A stretch of DNA of 63,386 nt, the filler included, from Reticulomyxa filosa (taxonomy: Eukaryota; Protista; Foraminifera): the NCBI GenBank assembly GCA_000512085.1. It is 21 parts of 21 records of this genome, joined end to end, with 100 filler letters (N's around TTAATTAATTAA, not from the genome) between each part and the next. Parts side by side here need not be neighbours in the genome. Positions count along the whole stretch, not along the records: positions 23,278 to 24,960 come from ASPP01013631.1; positions 25,061 to 26,546 come from ASPP01029614.1; positions 26,647 to 30,400 come from ASPP01019494.1; positions 30,501 to 33,840 come from ASPP01013635.1; positions 33,941 to 35,542 come from ASPP01006136.1; positions 35,643 to 43,509 come from ASPP01045997.1; 15 more parts are not named here. One strand, written 5' to 3'. A program made the position numbers and the translations under genes. This document shows, piece after piece, positions 24,391 to 37,817 of this stretch (position 1 is the stretch's first letter; each line of letters starts with the position of its first letter). Under the pieces are notes generated by a model that was not told where the DNA came from, ran no database searches, and was given only the letters and a program-made list of their open reading frames with translations.

Positions 24391-24887
24391 GGACAAGATG
24401 ACGCTATCTTCAATGTAAACGAATTAGTAGTAGCGATGACAGGTCGCATTGTTGGACCAAATATAATATTTCAAAGGTATACAAAAGAAGAAGAAAAAAA
24501 AGCGAAAGCAGTGATCCGAAACAATGGATACATTGGCAGTGGCGGCAAGATCACTACCAATGATTTGAATTGGATTATTCAAGAGAATGGGTATGTGCGT
24601 TGCAAAGAGATGCAAGGAGTGTGCAAGAAATTTCAAAATGTAGGGGTCATCGAGGTGTCGCAAGGAGTGAACATTCAAGCGGAAAATATCTTGTTCAACG
24701 AGGCATCGCACTTGAAGATGAACGGAGAGTGTGAATTCGAGGCTCCAATTATTGAATTGTTCAGTCCCCATTTGTGCAAGTTGGACAACAAGCAAAAACT
24801 GAGTGTCAAATTTTGTGCCAAGGAATACATCTTGCACAGTCAGTGGCACTTCAAACCTCAAAAAAATGATTTCAATTGCAAATTTAG
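23391..24887 (+). CDS. Intron-containing putative beta-solenoid/beta-helix protein, partial
   Basis: Two long exons (23391-24299 and 24392-24887) with short alternating-hydrophobic strands ending in xxG/NxG turns (HLAGT, QICGQL, LFNGNI, IIDGS, IVEGTL, IRNNGYI, FQNVGVI). Confidence 0.5.
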
Positions 24888-24920
24888 GTATATGCATGTA
24901 TATATATATATATGTGTATA

Positions 24921-24960
<40 letters not shown>

Positions 24961-26646
24961 NNNNNNNNNNNNNNNNNNNNNNNNNNNNNNNNNNNNNNNN
25001 NNNNTTAATTAATTAANNNNNNNNNNNNNNNNNNNNNNNNNNNNNNNNNNNNNNNNNNNNTGTTTGGATCAGCACTCAGCGCAACAAAAATGGGATATCA
25101 TTTGCAACAACAATAACTTTGCAATTGAAAGGTATTGATATATCATGATGCTGTTCAATTCATTCGGTTACAAATGTTATTTGATCATGTCCTTGCACAA
25201 TCACCAGTTTTTGGAACAAAAAATATCATATTTTATTTTTAATATTTTTCAAATTCTTTTTTTTTTAAAAAAAAGTGAAATGAAAGAAGTTGCAACATAT
25301 TTCACACATAATTCACTTTAAATATTTTGTTCGTATGTGCAAGTTAGTATTATCACAAGTGCAAATGATGCAAAGTGCTGAATCACTCACTTTTACAAAT
25401 CAATGGAATGAGGTCTTGGAGATAAATTGTATAAATGCAATGAAGATTATTTTGTGACTGGCATACAGAAAGAAAAGGAACAAACTGTCTTGTGCAAGGG
25501 GAGAGCTGTTTTTAATTGGTATTACTTTTTGCAACTTAAAAAAATTGGTAAACTTTACACCATTAAGCAAAGTACGAAACTTTCAAATTTATTTTATTTT
25601 TATTTGTCGAGCTTGGAAATATTTTATGCGTATCCAACTTCCTCACTTAAGTACAATCCATAAAAAAATGGTTATCGGAATTTCAAAATGTTTTTCAAAC
25701 AACAAAACTATTAAAATTATTGCAATGTAAAATTCAAGCCTCGATCCCAATTATCAAAATAATTTAAAACACTTTTTTTATTTTTTTACATTGAATTTAA
25801 AAAGTACAGCGCATCGTGACATCTATTTATTTCAAAGATTACAATGATTTTTATGTTGTACGGAAAAAACACGTTGTAAGACCGCAATATTATAAAAGAA
25901 TATTAGAGATTCTTTTATTTTGTGTTCAGTCTAAGATTTGCTTTTAGCAATACGTTTGACATAATTTACCATTATAAATGTAAAGCAAATTATGTCACCA
26001 TTATTGCTGTATTAAAATAAAGAATTACTTACAATTATTATTTTCTCTTTCGCAAAATCGCTGTTTAAACCTATTTACAACATAAAATAAACAATATTTT
26101 TGTTTTTTTTTTTAGTTAACAATTTTGAAAAAGTATTACATATTTTTAATCAGACAACGATCTTGAAATTCTCATGTTTTTCAAAACAAAAAAAGTCATC
26201 AAAAAAAAAAGACAACAACTTAAAGAGGAATAGTCACCCTTAAAACTTGGAAAATCAAATTTGAAAGGTTTGAAAACTGGCTTCTAGGCCATAACATATT
26301 TACAATTACAATTAGTTTTTTTTTTTCGAAAAGAAACTGTTACGAGAACTAACCTTTTTTTTTTTCTTTGTGAACTTGATATTAATAAAAATGAAGAAAT
26401 TTCTTCAATGTATTGATGAATTGAGTTTTAATTAATACCAGATTGGAAAAAAAAAAATTATTTGGAAATGAAAGCTTTAACTTTTTCAATTTCTTCTTTT
26501 CCAACAAATTGTAACAACAAATCAAAATCATTTTGATTTTGATTTANNNNNNNNNNNNNNNNNNNNNNNNNNNNNNNNNNNNNNNNNNNNTTAATTAATT
26601 AANNNNNNNNNNNNNNNNNNNNNNNNNNNNNNNNNNNNNNNNNNNN

Positions 26647-26890
26647 TGATAAAGCAATTGATCATCATGAACAATCTTTAAAAATTCGATTGCAAATTCA
26701 TGGCCTTTATCATACTTCCGTTGCACATTCGTATCATAGTTTAGGGTCTTGTTATAAAAAAAGATATCAATACAATAAAGCGATTGAATACAATCACAAA
26801 GCATTAGAAATCAAAAATCAAATATTTGGAAAGAATAAATCCACAGCCGATTCAAATTGGAATTTGGGATTGATATTTGAGAAGACTGGA
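26647..26890 (+). pseudogene. TPR-repeat fragment (kinesin-light-chain-like TPRs), degenerate
   Basis: DKAIDHHEQSLKIRLQIHGLYHTSVAHSYHSLGSCY..YNKAIEYNHKALEIK. Similarity is lost after about 26890. Confidence 0.7.
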
Positions 26891-28004
26891 ATAACGACTT
26901 TCGTTACTCACTTTATCTATTACTACCTACGAAGAAGGTTGTCGTTTTGCAACATCCCGCTCTTTGTTTTTTTACGTAGCTGCCTCGGTTATTCTCATAG
27001 TACTCTATGCTCCTCAAGATGTACATCAAATTAGTTTTCATCAACCTGTTTCGGATAAATTGTTAATATTTTATTTTTTATAATATAAAAATATACAATA
27101 CTTATGGATGTTGAATATAGATCGATTAACAGAGAAAAGGAATCTTCAATGTATGGATATTATCATAGATATCTTTTTGTGATAAAAGACAACGTTACAG
27201 AGAGCAAAGACATGTATAATTGGAATTGCCAACCTTTCACTAAAGATGAAAATTGGTATGGAATTTGTGATACCAAAATAAATAGGGAGTGGCTCTTAAC
27301 TTGATTTGTCTTAATGATGTCAGCTTGCGCTTTTGCCTCATTCGCTCAAGTAATTCAATTCATTGAAATAACTACCGCAAAAAAAAGAAAATAACTTTTG
27401 AAAGTCTTTTTTTAAATACCTTGTTATATACATATATATAATCAATTTGTATCTGAATGATACAATAATCCCAATCCTCTTACTATTACAAAAGCTTTAT
27501 CACACAAAAACATCAAATGTGTGAGTGAAAAAGAGAGAAAAGTAACGAGGAAAACAATAGATTATTAATTTAATTGAAATTTTGTTATCTATTTCACCTC
27601 AAACAGTAATGATATTTTTGTTTTTGCTTTCATTAAAAGAAAGAAATATCAAAAATAAAAGTCAGAGAAAGAGATATAAAAATAGTTATTCAAAATTGGA
27701 TTCAGCTTTCTCTTGTTAAATTTGTATGGGTATATGATCTAAAAAGAATTATTACTAAATATACTGAGTATTTTGATTAAATTGAAATGCTTTATCAAAA
27801 AATTTAAAATATTAAAAATCTTACAATGATTTTTACAATTTTTGTGAACAAGTGCAAAAAATAGATCAACGAAAGCTGGAATAATAGCTAAAAAAAAAGA
27901 TAGATTGCAAGTTTAAATAGAGAAGATAAACAAAGCTGTTGAAAATGTAATAAATGATATAATATTGTTTAAAAAAAATATTTTAAATAAGGTATCAAAA
28001 TAAG

Positions 28005-28496
28005 TTAACTCCACATTCGAATAAGCCCTTTAAATGAGCCATAAAATAAAGTATTTTTTAATCCAACAAATTTAATACATTTGATTCCATTATCACTTAC
28101 AGGACATCCTTTAATAATATGTAATGATCTATTATCTAATCGGAAATCCCAAAAACGAATTGTGTTGTCAATCGATGCAGAACATATCACATTTGAAGTA
28201 CCACAGATATTATTTATTATAAATGGAGAATATTCAACAGCACTAATAAAATTTGTATGTCCATTGAACACTTGAATTTGTTTACCAGATCGAATATCCC
28301 ACAAACGAACACTTCTATCCATTGATCCAGATAATATTGTATTTAATAATTTATCTGATCCATATTTTATATTCAAAATACAATCATCATGTCCTTTGAA
28401 TAAAATTAATTGTTTGGTTGTTTCAATATCCCATATTCTAATGGTTTTATCGCTTGATCCGGAGCAAACTGTATATCCATTTCCACCAATTATACC

Positions 28497-28528
<32 letters not shown>

Positions 28529-30400
28529 GTACTGGTGAAATATCAATACAATAAATAGCATTTTTATGTCCCTTGAAAAAATGTAATGATTTATATGTTT
28601 CAATATCCCATATACCAACTGTATTGTCTAATGATCCAGAACATAAATATCTACCACCATTAAATGATGAAAATTCAATGCTATTTACACGATATTTATG
28701 TCCGTATAATATTTTTAATTGATTATTATGTTCGAAATCCCAAAAACGGATATTTCTATCATTTGATGAAATACAAATGACATTATTATTATTATTATTA
28801 TAATGATATGATGAAAATTTCACACAATTCACCGAAGTTGGACATTTATCAAATAATTGAATTTGTTTGTTGTTATCAACATCCCATACACGAACTGTTT
28901 TATCACATGATCCAGAACAAATCAATTGACGATCATTAAATTTTTTGTAATCAATACTTTGCAACTCTTCAGTATGTCCAGTCAATGTATTTAATAATTT
29001 TGATGATACGCAAAATATATTGAACAATGACGTAGTATACTGTATTATAATTTATATTTTGATTTATATTTAAAAAAAAAAAAAAAAAGAACAAATAAAC
29101 TAACATATCTGATAACAATTTTATCAAATTCATTAATCCAACCAAATGTGATTTGTAATGTTCTTATCCAATATCCTATGATGAATGAGATTCTTTCTTC
29201 TTCGGATCCAATGAATATTTTGATCCCAGGCATATCATGTTTGTATCTAAATGACTCTGGAACATAACGGTTTTCAATAGCACAAATTTCTATTTTTCGC
29301 AAGATATCTTCATCATCATCACCATCATCATCTTCATTATATGCATCAAATTCAAATTCATCCACTTCTTCAAACTCGTCTATTTCTTCACATTTATCAT
29401 CACATTTATCATCACATTTATTATCACATTTATTATCATATTTATTATCACATTTATCATCACCTTCTTCACACTTGAGTCTTTGTTTCAATGACACAAT
29501 TTCATTTTGAAGATCGTTCTTTTCTTTGGCCCAGTTCTTTCTATATTGTATATACTTTTCACTTTCGGTTTGGGCGTTCAACTTGGTGGCTTTAACTCCT
29601 TTTCCAAAAAAGAGATTTTGTTTCTCAGATGGTCTTCCAGCGAGTGATACACATCTTTCATTTTCGTCGGCTTCTGCTCGCGGTTGTCCATGGCCGTTCG
29701 AATCAACGATATATACGTCATCATTGTCTGCTTGTCTGGGTTCTCCAATATGTGACACACGTCCAACAGCTGCGGTATCTTCAGTTGCTCCTCCGCGTAT
29801 CCCAATACATGCTTTAACAAATCGTCCGATTTCATGTTCTCAATGTCGTTCTGCGACAATCTATCCTCCTCTCGCAACGCCGCATTCAGCAAGTACATTA
29901 GCATCAGGCCGCTTTGAAAATCTGTAGTAAAATTCGATATCTTAACCTTTTCGGGCAAATGCTTATTGCACCAATGCAACAATCGTTCTTCGGGTGAATT
30001 CACTATATTTACATGTATATACAAAAAAAAATTTATTATTTTTTTTTTTGGACAAAATTTTTTTAATAAAAGGTGTATACATAATTTTATGTCACTATGC
30101 ATATAGGACATACAATAGTTATTCATTAAACCATTCAATATCTCATGTGACTCCGGCTTGTTGATTGAATATTTCACGATTATATGCCATGTTAATTCCA
30201 AACATAATTTTAAATAGGTCCCATTGATTAATTCTTTTTTTTTTTTTTAATATAGTTGAAGAAAAAAAAAAAAAATACAATTCAATTTATTGAGGACTAT
30301 CTCTCTCTCTTCTCCTCCCTCACTCTTCCTTTCTTCTTATACAATACATGCTCACCTTCTTCGTCATATGTAATAGCCATATTTCGACAATCTCTACCAC
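28005..30400 (-). CDS. Calponin-homology (filamin/alpha-actinin-type ABD) + coiled-coil + WD40 protein, 5' partial, one frameshift near 29590
   Basis: CH1 end ELINGTYLKLCLELTWHIIVKY; CH2 ERLLHWCN..ISNFTTDFQSG..AEEQLKIPQLLD..PDKQTMMTYIS; then coiled-coil and acidic repeats, IIGYWIRTLQITFGWINEFDKIV, an intron, and a WD40 exon (28005-29027) with repeated GH..SGS.D.T.R.WD. Confidence 0.75.
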
Positions 30401-30500
30401 NNNNNNNNNNNNNNNNNNNNNNNNNNNNNNNNNNNNNNNNNNNNTTAATTAATTAANNNNNNNNNNNNNNNNNNNNNNNNNNNNNNNNNNNNNNNNNNNN

Positions 30501-30539
<39 letters not shown>

Positions 30540-30559
30540 GCACACATGCAATTAACAAA

Positions 30560-31943
30560 CCTTTGCAATCAATGTGAAGCGACGACGAATTTGTTTGGCA
30601 TGCTTTTTATGAATTTTGGTTTGCTCGTGTCCATACAACTGAATTCGGGGATTAAAGATCCTCAAAAAGATAAAACCCCCTACCAACGACTCTGCCATTT
30701 TCTCGTTGTCTTGGTCGTATACTTTGCTGTGCGCCAATTCGGTCAGTTTCTTGCATAGTATTCGCAGACCCATTGGATAGCTGTCCGCCTGCATTATTCG
30801 ATCCATTATATGTCGGACAAACTCGCGCAATTTCTCCCGTCTTTGCGCACACAAGTTTTGGATTTTTGGATCGTTGGGATCTTTTATGTTGGCTGCTTCT
30901 TCGACTTGAATCAGCATTCCTTCCCATACCTTTTTATTTTTTAATAAAAAAACTGTTTTGTTTGTTTGTTTATTTGTTTCCTTTTCTTTCTCTCTCTCTC
31001 TCTTCTTTCATCTCTTCGTTCTTTCCCACGTATCGTTATTTTAGCATATGTCATTTGTATGTGAGTTTGATAATGTCTCAAAAGTGACCTCAGTGTATAC
31101 GTAACTGCTTCTGGATCGATCTCCAAATCTTCTTCCGGATTTCTTAAACAAAACTCGCCACACTCTTTGACTGTGGAATCAATGAAGTCACTTATATGCT
31201 GTCTTTTCAGATACGCTTGTAGCAGTTTCGTTGCTGTTGTATTTTCACGTAAATACGTGGTTATGTCTTCACATTGTTCGTATTCAAATTTCATTACATC
31301 CTGTTGTGTGTGTGTGTGCACGTATGTTCTTCCTTTATTCGAGTTTTATCTTACATGTTTTTACTTTTTTTTTTTTTTTAAGAAAGATAAATTTAAAAAA
31401 AAATTCAACTACAAAAAAAAAAAAAAAAAAAGGACTAAACTTCAATAATTCTGACCATGATGTGCTCTTGCATCCTGTCATAATGGTTGGGCAATATCCC
31501 ATTGGTCAGTAGGTTCACAAGTCTTTCCATGTGGGTGTAATGTGGGTCGAAATATAACCGTGACAACAAAGTGGGATTACTGTAGGCTATTCCAAATATC
31601 TCTCCATACGTCTTTCGTTTTTTTGTTTTTCAATGGTTGATTGTTTGAAAAATGCCGAGTACGTGTTTTTTTTTTTTTTGTGCATATTTTTTTTTTTTTT
31701 ATCTCCTTTTCGTTTTATGTATATGCATGTGTGTACATAAAAAAAAAAAAACAAACTTGCAATGCAGAGCTGTATTGGGCTGCAATATTTTGATCTCCTG
31801 ATTCCACTTCTTTAATCTTCGTTACAAATGTATTTTTCGTTTTCGATTTTTTTGTCGTACCTTCTTTAAAGCTTGTTCCTTTTGTTTGGGGATTGTTGTT
31901 TTAGTTATTTGTTATGTTACTGTTTAGTTAATGATGGGGCCAT
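30560..31943 (-). CDS. RasGAP-domain protein, multi-exon, 3' partial
   Basis: YLRENTTATKLL (Arg finger), DLEIDP, YPMGLRILCK, LVGGFIFLRIFNP (FLR motif) and RRRFTLIAKV. The ATG at 31943 is tentative. Confidence 0.85.
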
Positions 31944-32934
31944 TTTATGTGTAGCTCAACACGCTCCCAAAAAAAATTGCGATCACTATTACAAAAAAAA
32001 AAGAGTTTGGGTGCATCTCCTTTTGCTTAACGTAAAACTGATTTGTTCTCAACAAAATCACAATCTCGTCTGAGAGGTCGCATCTTTGAGAATACACTTT
32101 GTTTTATTAATGGTACACCAGCCAAAATAATATGAACATTTGGCAAGCAAAAACATATAAATGCACAAAAAATTTGATTGCGTACACTTCAAAAGTTGTC
32201 TGTCTTGATTTTGGTCATATTTCGAAAATGTTTCGATCAAGTCTTTTAGTTTCGGTTTATTCACATTAGCAGCTTCCATCAACAAAACACAAAATATATG
32301 CGAGAATTGAATATGTAACAATATATACAAGAGAGTTTTCTCAACTGCTTGAAGCCGACATGGTGCAACAAGAACTTGATGCTCCAATTAGGTTGTTTCC
32401 TTTTTCTATACCGTCCAAACGGGTACGTTCGAGCTTTACGTTCGTGGAAACAGTTTCTTGGTAAAAAATATGACCTTTCCAAGGACAAGTTATGTATTTG
32501 AACACTTTCAATCTTTTTATAAATCAAAAGATATTTTTTAGATCTTGTAAAAACAAAAGTATTAAATTTGGTGGATAAAATCCGTAAATTCGAAAAAAAG
32601 AGGAAACGTACATATTTGCAAATGTTATGACTTTTCCAATTCGCTTCAAAAAAGATAACTATTTCACATAAATAGACATTGTACAAAATCTTAAGATTAT
32701 TTCCTTAGCTCAGATACTAAATACAAAATGAAAAGCAAATATAAAAATGTAAACCAATTGAAACAGATTAAACTACAAATAATTAGAAGGTTATTATGTC
32801 TTTCTGTAGTATTGAAATTAAAAACTTTATATATTGCAAGTTAACTAGTTTTGAGTGTGAAGCCGGACAAAGGGCAGCTGAGAAAAGGTTATCAAAATTT
32901 TTGAAGTTTTTTTGAGAAAGTACAAATATTTAAA

Positions 32935-33840
32935 ATGTCTGCTCCGTTTGCACTAATTTTCTTAACATGGCTAGGTTTTGGGGTGAATTTGTTGATGGCG
33001 GGTTTTATTGCCATTGGTCTGCGTCGCGTTTGGCATGCGAGAAACGAGTTCTTGTGGGAAGCTCGTCACTTTGGGCCATTGTGGTTTTCTGTGTTATTCA
33101 CAACAGTCTTTGTAGCTGGTAAACATGAACCCTTTCTTTTGTTTTCTCCTTAAAAAATTGATCATCACTCCCGGGAAGACGTCTACTATTGACAATACTA
33201 CTGGACTGTACAGTGGAGAGAAACCTGCAGTTGTTCGGAAGTGTTTCAGGCTATTTTGATTTGGGAACCCAAGGAAGATGGATATTGAATAATTTTTTTA
33301 CCTTCGGCATTTTGTGCATCTACGCCCTCAGGTAGAAGAATATACGTGACATGATTACAATGTTAAACCAAACACAGACGCAATCACAAACAAAAACACA
33401 AAATATTGACAGAGCCTGGATTGTCCACTTTGATTACCATACCGGCGTAGCAAGTCTCGTCTTGACCGCAGGTTGGGAGTTGGACGAGCCAAGAACACGT
33501 GAGCAGTTGGAGTGGTTCACTGAAAATAAGACTACCTATGGTTCGCCAAGGTATCTGACGCAATTTTTAACTGTGCTGGTTATTTGCCTGACTCTTGCTA
33601 TATGGTTAATTTTGCTTGTTTTTAGTTTTTCCCTTTTTTTTTTTTTTGAAAAAAGAGAAGAATACGTAGATGAAACTTTGGGATTGGGTGTGCGGGGGGG
33701 GGGAAAAAAAGGGGCTGGATTGTAGTTTCACCAGACACCTTTTATTATGGAATGGTAATAATCTATGCATTGATCATGTTGGTTATTATGACTGTCAGCA
33801 AAAAAATTACTGTCTTGGAAGAACAGCTATTCATTCGACG
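32935..33840 (+). CDS. Multi-pass membrane protein (7TM/GPCR-like), 3' partial
   Basis: Successive hydrophobic helices across several exons; ..CIYALR|AWIVHFDY.. spans an intron. No family confirmed. Confidence 0.45.
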
Positions 33841-33940
33841 NNNNNNNNNNNNNNNNNNNNNNNNNNNNNNNNNNNNNNNNNNNNTTAATTAATTAANNNN
33901 NNNNNNNNNNNNNNNNNNNNNNNNNNNNNNNNNNNNNNNN

Positions 33941-33975
<35 letters not shown>

Positions 33976-34090
33976 AAAAAGAATTTACGTATGCATGTTT
34001 GTTTTTTCTTCAACATGAAAATACGTATACATATATTTATATATACATACGTATGTATTTATAATATATTAATGCGTATATAAAATAAAG

Positions 34091-35490
34091 GGGACAATGA
34101 AGGACTGTACGGATTGAATAAAAACGAAGACAAACACAAAAACAAAAACAAAAACGGAAAAATTGCAAACGTTGAAAATGACATAGATAGAGTGGCAACA
34201 GAAACAAGTCCGAAAGGTGATCCCGATAACGATAACAACTATAACAATAGCGACATGAAGAAAAAGATCAAAAAGACGAGAAAAAAGAAAAAGAAGAAAA
34301 AGCTGAACCGCGATCATAATAACACTACTGCAAATAATAATGATATTAATAACAATAATATGGAAACGAATGTGTTGAGAGTGGAAGCTAAAGAGAGCGA
34401 AAACAATGACGCTGGCAATGTGATGATAGATAAGAGCAAAGAAATCAATGACAAAAGTAACCATACTAATAATAATAATAACAATAATAATAATAATAAT
34501 GACAATAATAATAATGATAATGATAATAATGATAATGATAACAATGATAATGATAACAATATTGATGATAACAATAATAATGACGAAAACAAAAAAGAAC
34601 TCATCCATTGTTTTTTTGAAACACTGGATCCAAAAAATCGGATTGAAAAAGTCGATAGAGAACGGAGAAAGTGAAGAATTAGTGACAAACGACACGACGA
34701 AAAAGGGACATTACAACAATAACAATAACAATAACAATAACAATAACAAGAAAGAGAAAAAGAAGAAAAAAGCGTTTGGGTCAAACTGTTGGGATTTTTA
34801 CAGAGCATGCAAACATAAAAACGAAATGAGTGACAACGACGAAAAGGAGATCGGCGTGCAAATCCACCTTCAGCCTTCCTTCACACATTCGCAGCAAGCG
34901 CAATACCATTTGAACTATCACAACGGGGACACTCCAACCGTGCCTTCGTTTCGTCATTCACATTGCTTACACACAATATATACATCTATGTGTATGTATA
35001 TGCATTTTATGTGTATATTGTACTATATCTATGAATGTATGTCTGTAGGTACGTTTGTAGTTGTACGTGGTTGAAACCAATAGAAAGGTGAGCGTCAACA
35101 AAACAGAAGAAAGGGACAATGACCGAGCCGAACCAGAGAAGGAAGCAGGAGTGAAGGAAGAGGAAGATAATGAAAATGGAGATGAAAATGGAGATGAAAA
35201 TGGAGATGAAAATGGAGATGAAAATGAAGATGAAAATGAAGATGAAGATGAAGATGAAGATGAAGAAGAGAGAGAAGAAATGAGTCGATCAATTCCAAAA
35301 GAGTACACACCAGAAGAAAGACTTTTAGAAGGTCAAAATACTTTGCTCCCATCCTTGACGCAGCCCGATGACAATAATGATCCCAGTCATTGTCGTTCTC
35401 TTGCTTTAAATCATATGCAAACAATCGCTTCGATTCCTCTTCATCAATCCAATTGCAATGACATACATTTATCCGTTCCAAACCAGTTTG
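34091..35490 (+). CDS. Low-complexity Asn/Asp/Glu/Lys-rich exons of an unknown protein
   Basis: AAT/AAC/GAT triplet runs and (GATGAAAATGGA)n, with A-run frameshifts and TA-rich introns. Confidence 0.4.
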
Positions 35491-35642
35491 TGTCATTGCA
35501 TATATACATAAAAAATACATAAAAATACATAAAATACATATANNNNNNNNNNNNNNNNNNNNNNNNNNNNNNNNNNNNNNNNNNNNTTAATTAATTAANN
35601 NNNNNNNNNNNNNNNNNNNNNNNNNNNNNNNNNNNNNNNNNN

Positions 35643-37507
35643 CAGTTTCAAGCAGCTAGAGGAACTCGTTTCCAAATTCCGACTGTCGTGGCAGTCCTTT
35701 GCTGCCAACGTGTATCGTTACCAGCACCTTTCTACCAGTCTGTGTCAACAGTCATCCAAGTTCACCTACGTCGCCATTGTTCAAAAAGAGCCTTTCATGA
35801 GTGAAGAGAAGAGTCAATTCAAACAATTTGATTCTTCCATTTATCATTTGGCTTGTTATTTGTGGGATCCTCAATTGCCTTTGGGCGGTGCGTTTATATA
35901 TATACATATATATATATATATGTACATACGTATATATATAAATGTATGATTTGTGAGATATAGCACGCATTGCATTGATTTGCGAATTCGTGAAACCCAA
36001 CAATCAAGAATGGAGACTTCCCAACTTTAACGATAAAAAAATGAATAATATACTTTTTCTTGTGTTTGTACTGCTAATTCAACTTCCAAATGCTGAGGAC
36101 GTGACGAACCAAGGCTATTTAAACGACAGCATTCAACTAGTCAATGTGCTGTTCCATCGTTTGTACCAATGTCTGTTTCATCCAATGAAAACGCAGTCGA
36201 GTTTGAAACTGGTCACTTCTTGTCGTACGGTCAATGGCGAGGGCAAGAGTAAAAACTGTTATCTCAATCATGGCGACACGAGTGCCGATACGACCATAGC
36301 CGAGTCGAAACGGAAAAACACGGACACGGAAGAGACAAAAGAGCAAGACTATTGGCTGACTGAAGAATGGCGCTTAGGAGTGTGCGAGGAACTGTTGCGC
36401 ACTGACGCCGCATTGATCCATCAATTGTTGATCGCGTCGATCAAAATCCGACTGGGTACGGATATTCGCAGACAAAAAGTGCGCGAAGATATCCTGCAGT
36501 CCCAAGTGGCTATGCAATACTTGTTTGGGATTTTGTTTTTCCATCTGGCCGGACAACGAGGTTGCTCCAGTCTTCAAATACATCACTTGTTGAGTTCGAG
36601 TTTGCAATACCTCACCTTCTGTGCCAGACGATCCAAAGACGAACCCATTTTGCAATCCTTACTTCCTAGCGATTTGAGTATTGTCTATGCTATGATTGAT
36701 TCTGATGATCAAAAGGCACTGCAATATGCCAAACAGACCTTTATTAGTGCCAATCCGTTTTGTATCAAATATATATATATATATATATGTATATATAATT
36801 ATGTATATGTATATATAACTATATATGTACATAATTATACGTACATATTTTTTAGATCTCCTTATAACACAACGATTATGGCGGTGGTCTTGTGTCATAT
36901 CTTCAGTCGGCATGTCCAGTATGTGATAATAGAAAATTATCTTAATGCTCCAGCCAAACAAAAAAAGCTGGCATTTGAACATTTACAAGTTTGCTGCCGC
37001 TTGTTTAGTGACATTGTATACGATGCAGAAGAGTCGATGAGGTATTACTTAAATCATTTAAGTGATTCGTTATTATGCCAGACATTCGGCTTGAACAAAG
37101 ACTTAATTGATCAATATCGCTATCCTGACAAAGTCAAAACCTTATTTCAAAAAACTTGGAAAGATAGTTGCGAAAAAAGCAGCTTGCACATTTTGAAAAA
37201 ATTGCTGCAATTGACTTTTGGCTTTCATTTTAATCAATGGATAGTCTTGCAAGCCGATCCCTATTTCAACCTTCAAACTATCAATTGCTTCTCTTTGGCT
37301 ACTGTCATTGAAACAAATGACATGCTGCAACTCGAAAGGGATTTAGCACACTTGATCCTTCCGTCCAATGACGCTGACCCCTCTCCTGCTTCGATTGATC
37401 AAAAGTATCGTGTCATGCAACAAATCTTGTTGAATGGACGTGTTCCGCAATGCGAAGTTAAAACTTCCGTTTTACGTCCAATATCTTTCGAGTCCTTTTG
37501 CCAATGA
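35643..37507 (+). CDS. Hypothetical alpha-helical protein, 5' partial
   Basis: Long ORF 35975-37507 includes a 99-nt in-frame intron at 36757-36855. An upstream exon ends near 35890. Confidence 0.6.
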
Positions 37508-37817
37508 TTTTCTTTTTTTTCTTTGAGACCTGCTTTTGCTCACTCACCCTTGGCGGTTGCTTATGGCGCGAGATTGAAAGGGTCAAATATTGAAATCTAA
37601 AAGCCGAGACAGTTGAAAGAGAAAGGTTTAGAATTTCAAAGTAAACGACAAAAATTTTTATTTTTTATATTGCGCAAAAATTCCATTCGAATTTAGCAAC
37701 TCTTACAATATATGAAAAAATATTCTACTTTTTTCTCAGAGGGCAAAGAAAAAAAATCCCCACAAGAGTCAGCTTATTTTTCTGTTATTCAAGCCCACAA
37801 TATGCAGCTACTCACTG

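Noticed and set aside
25061-26546. Short ORFs in an AT-rich contig
   Set aside because: No recognisable domain, repeat or structure.
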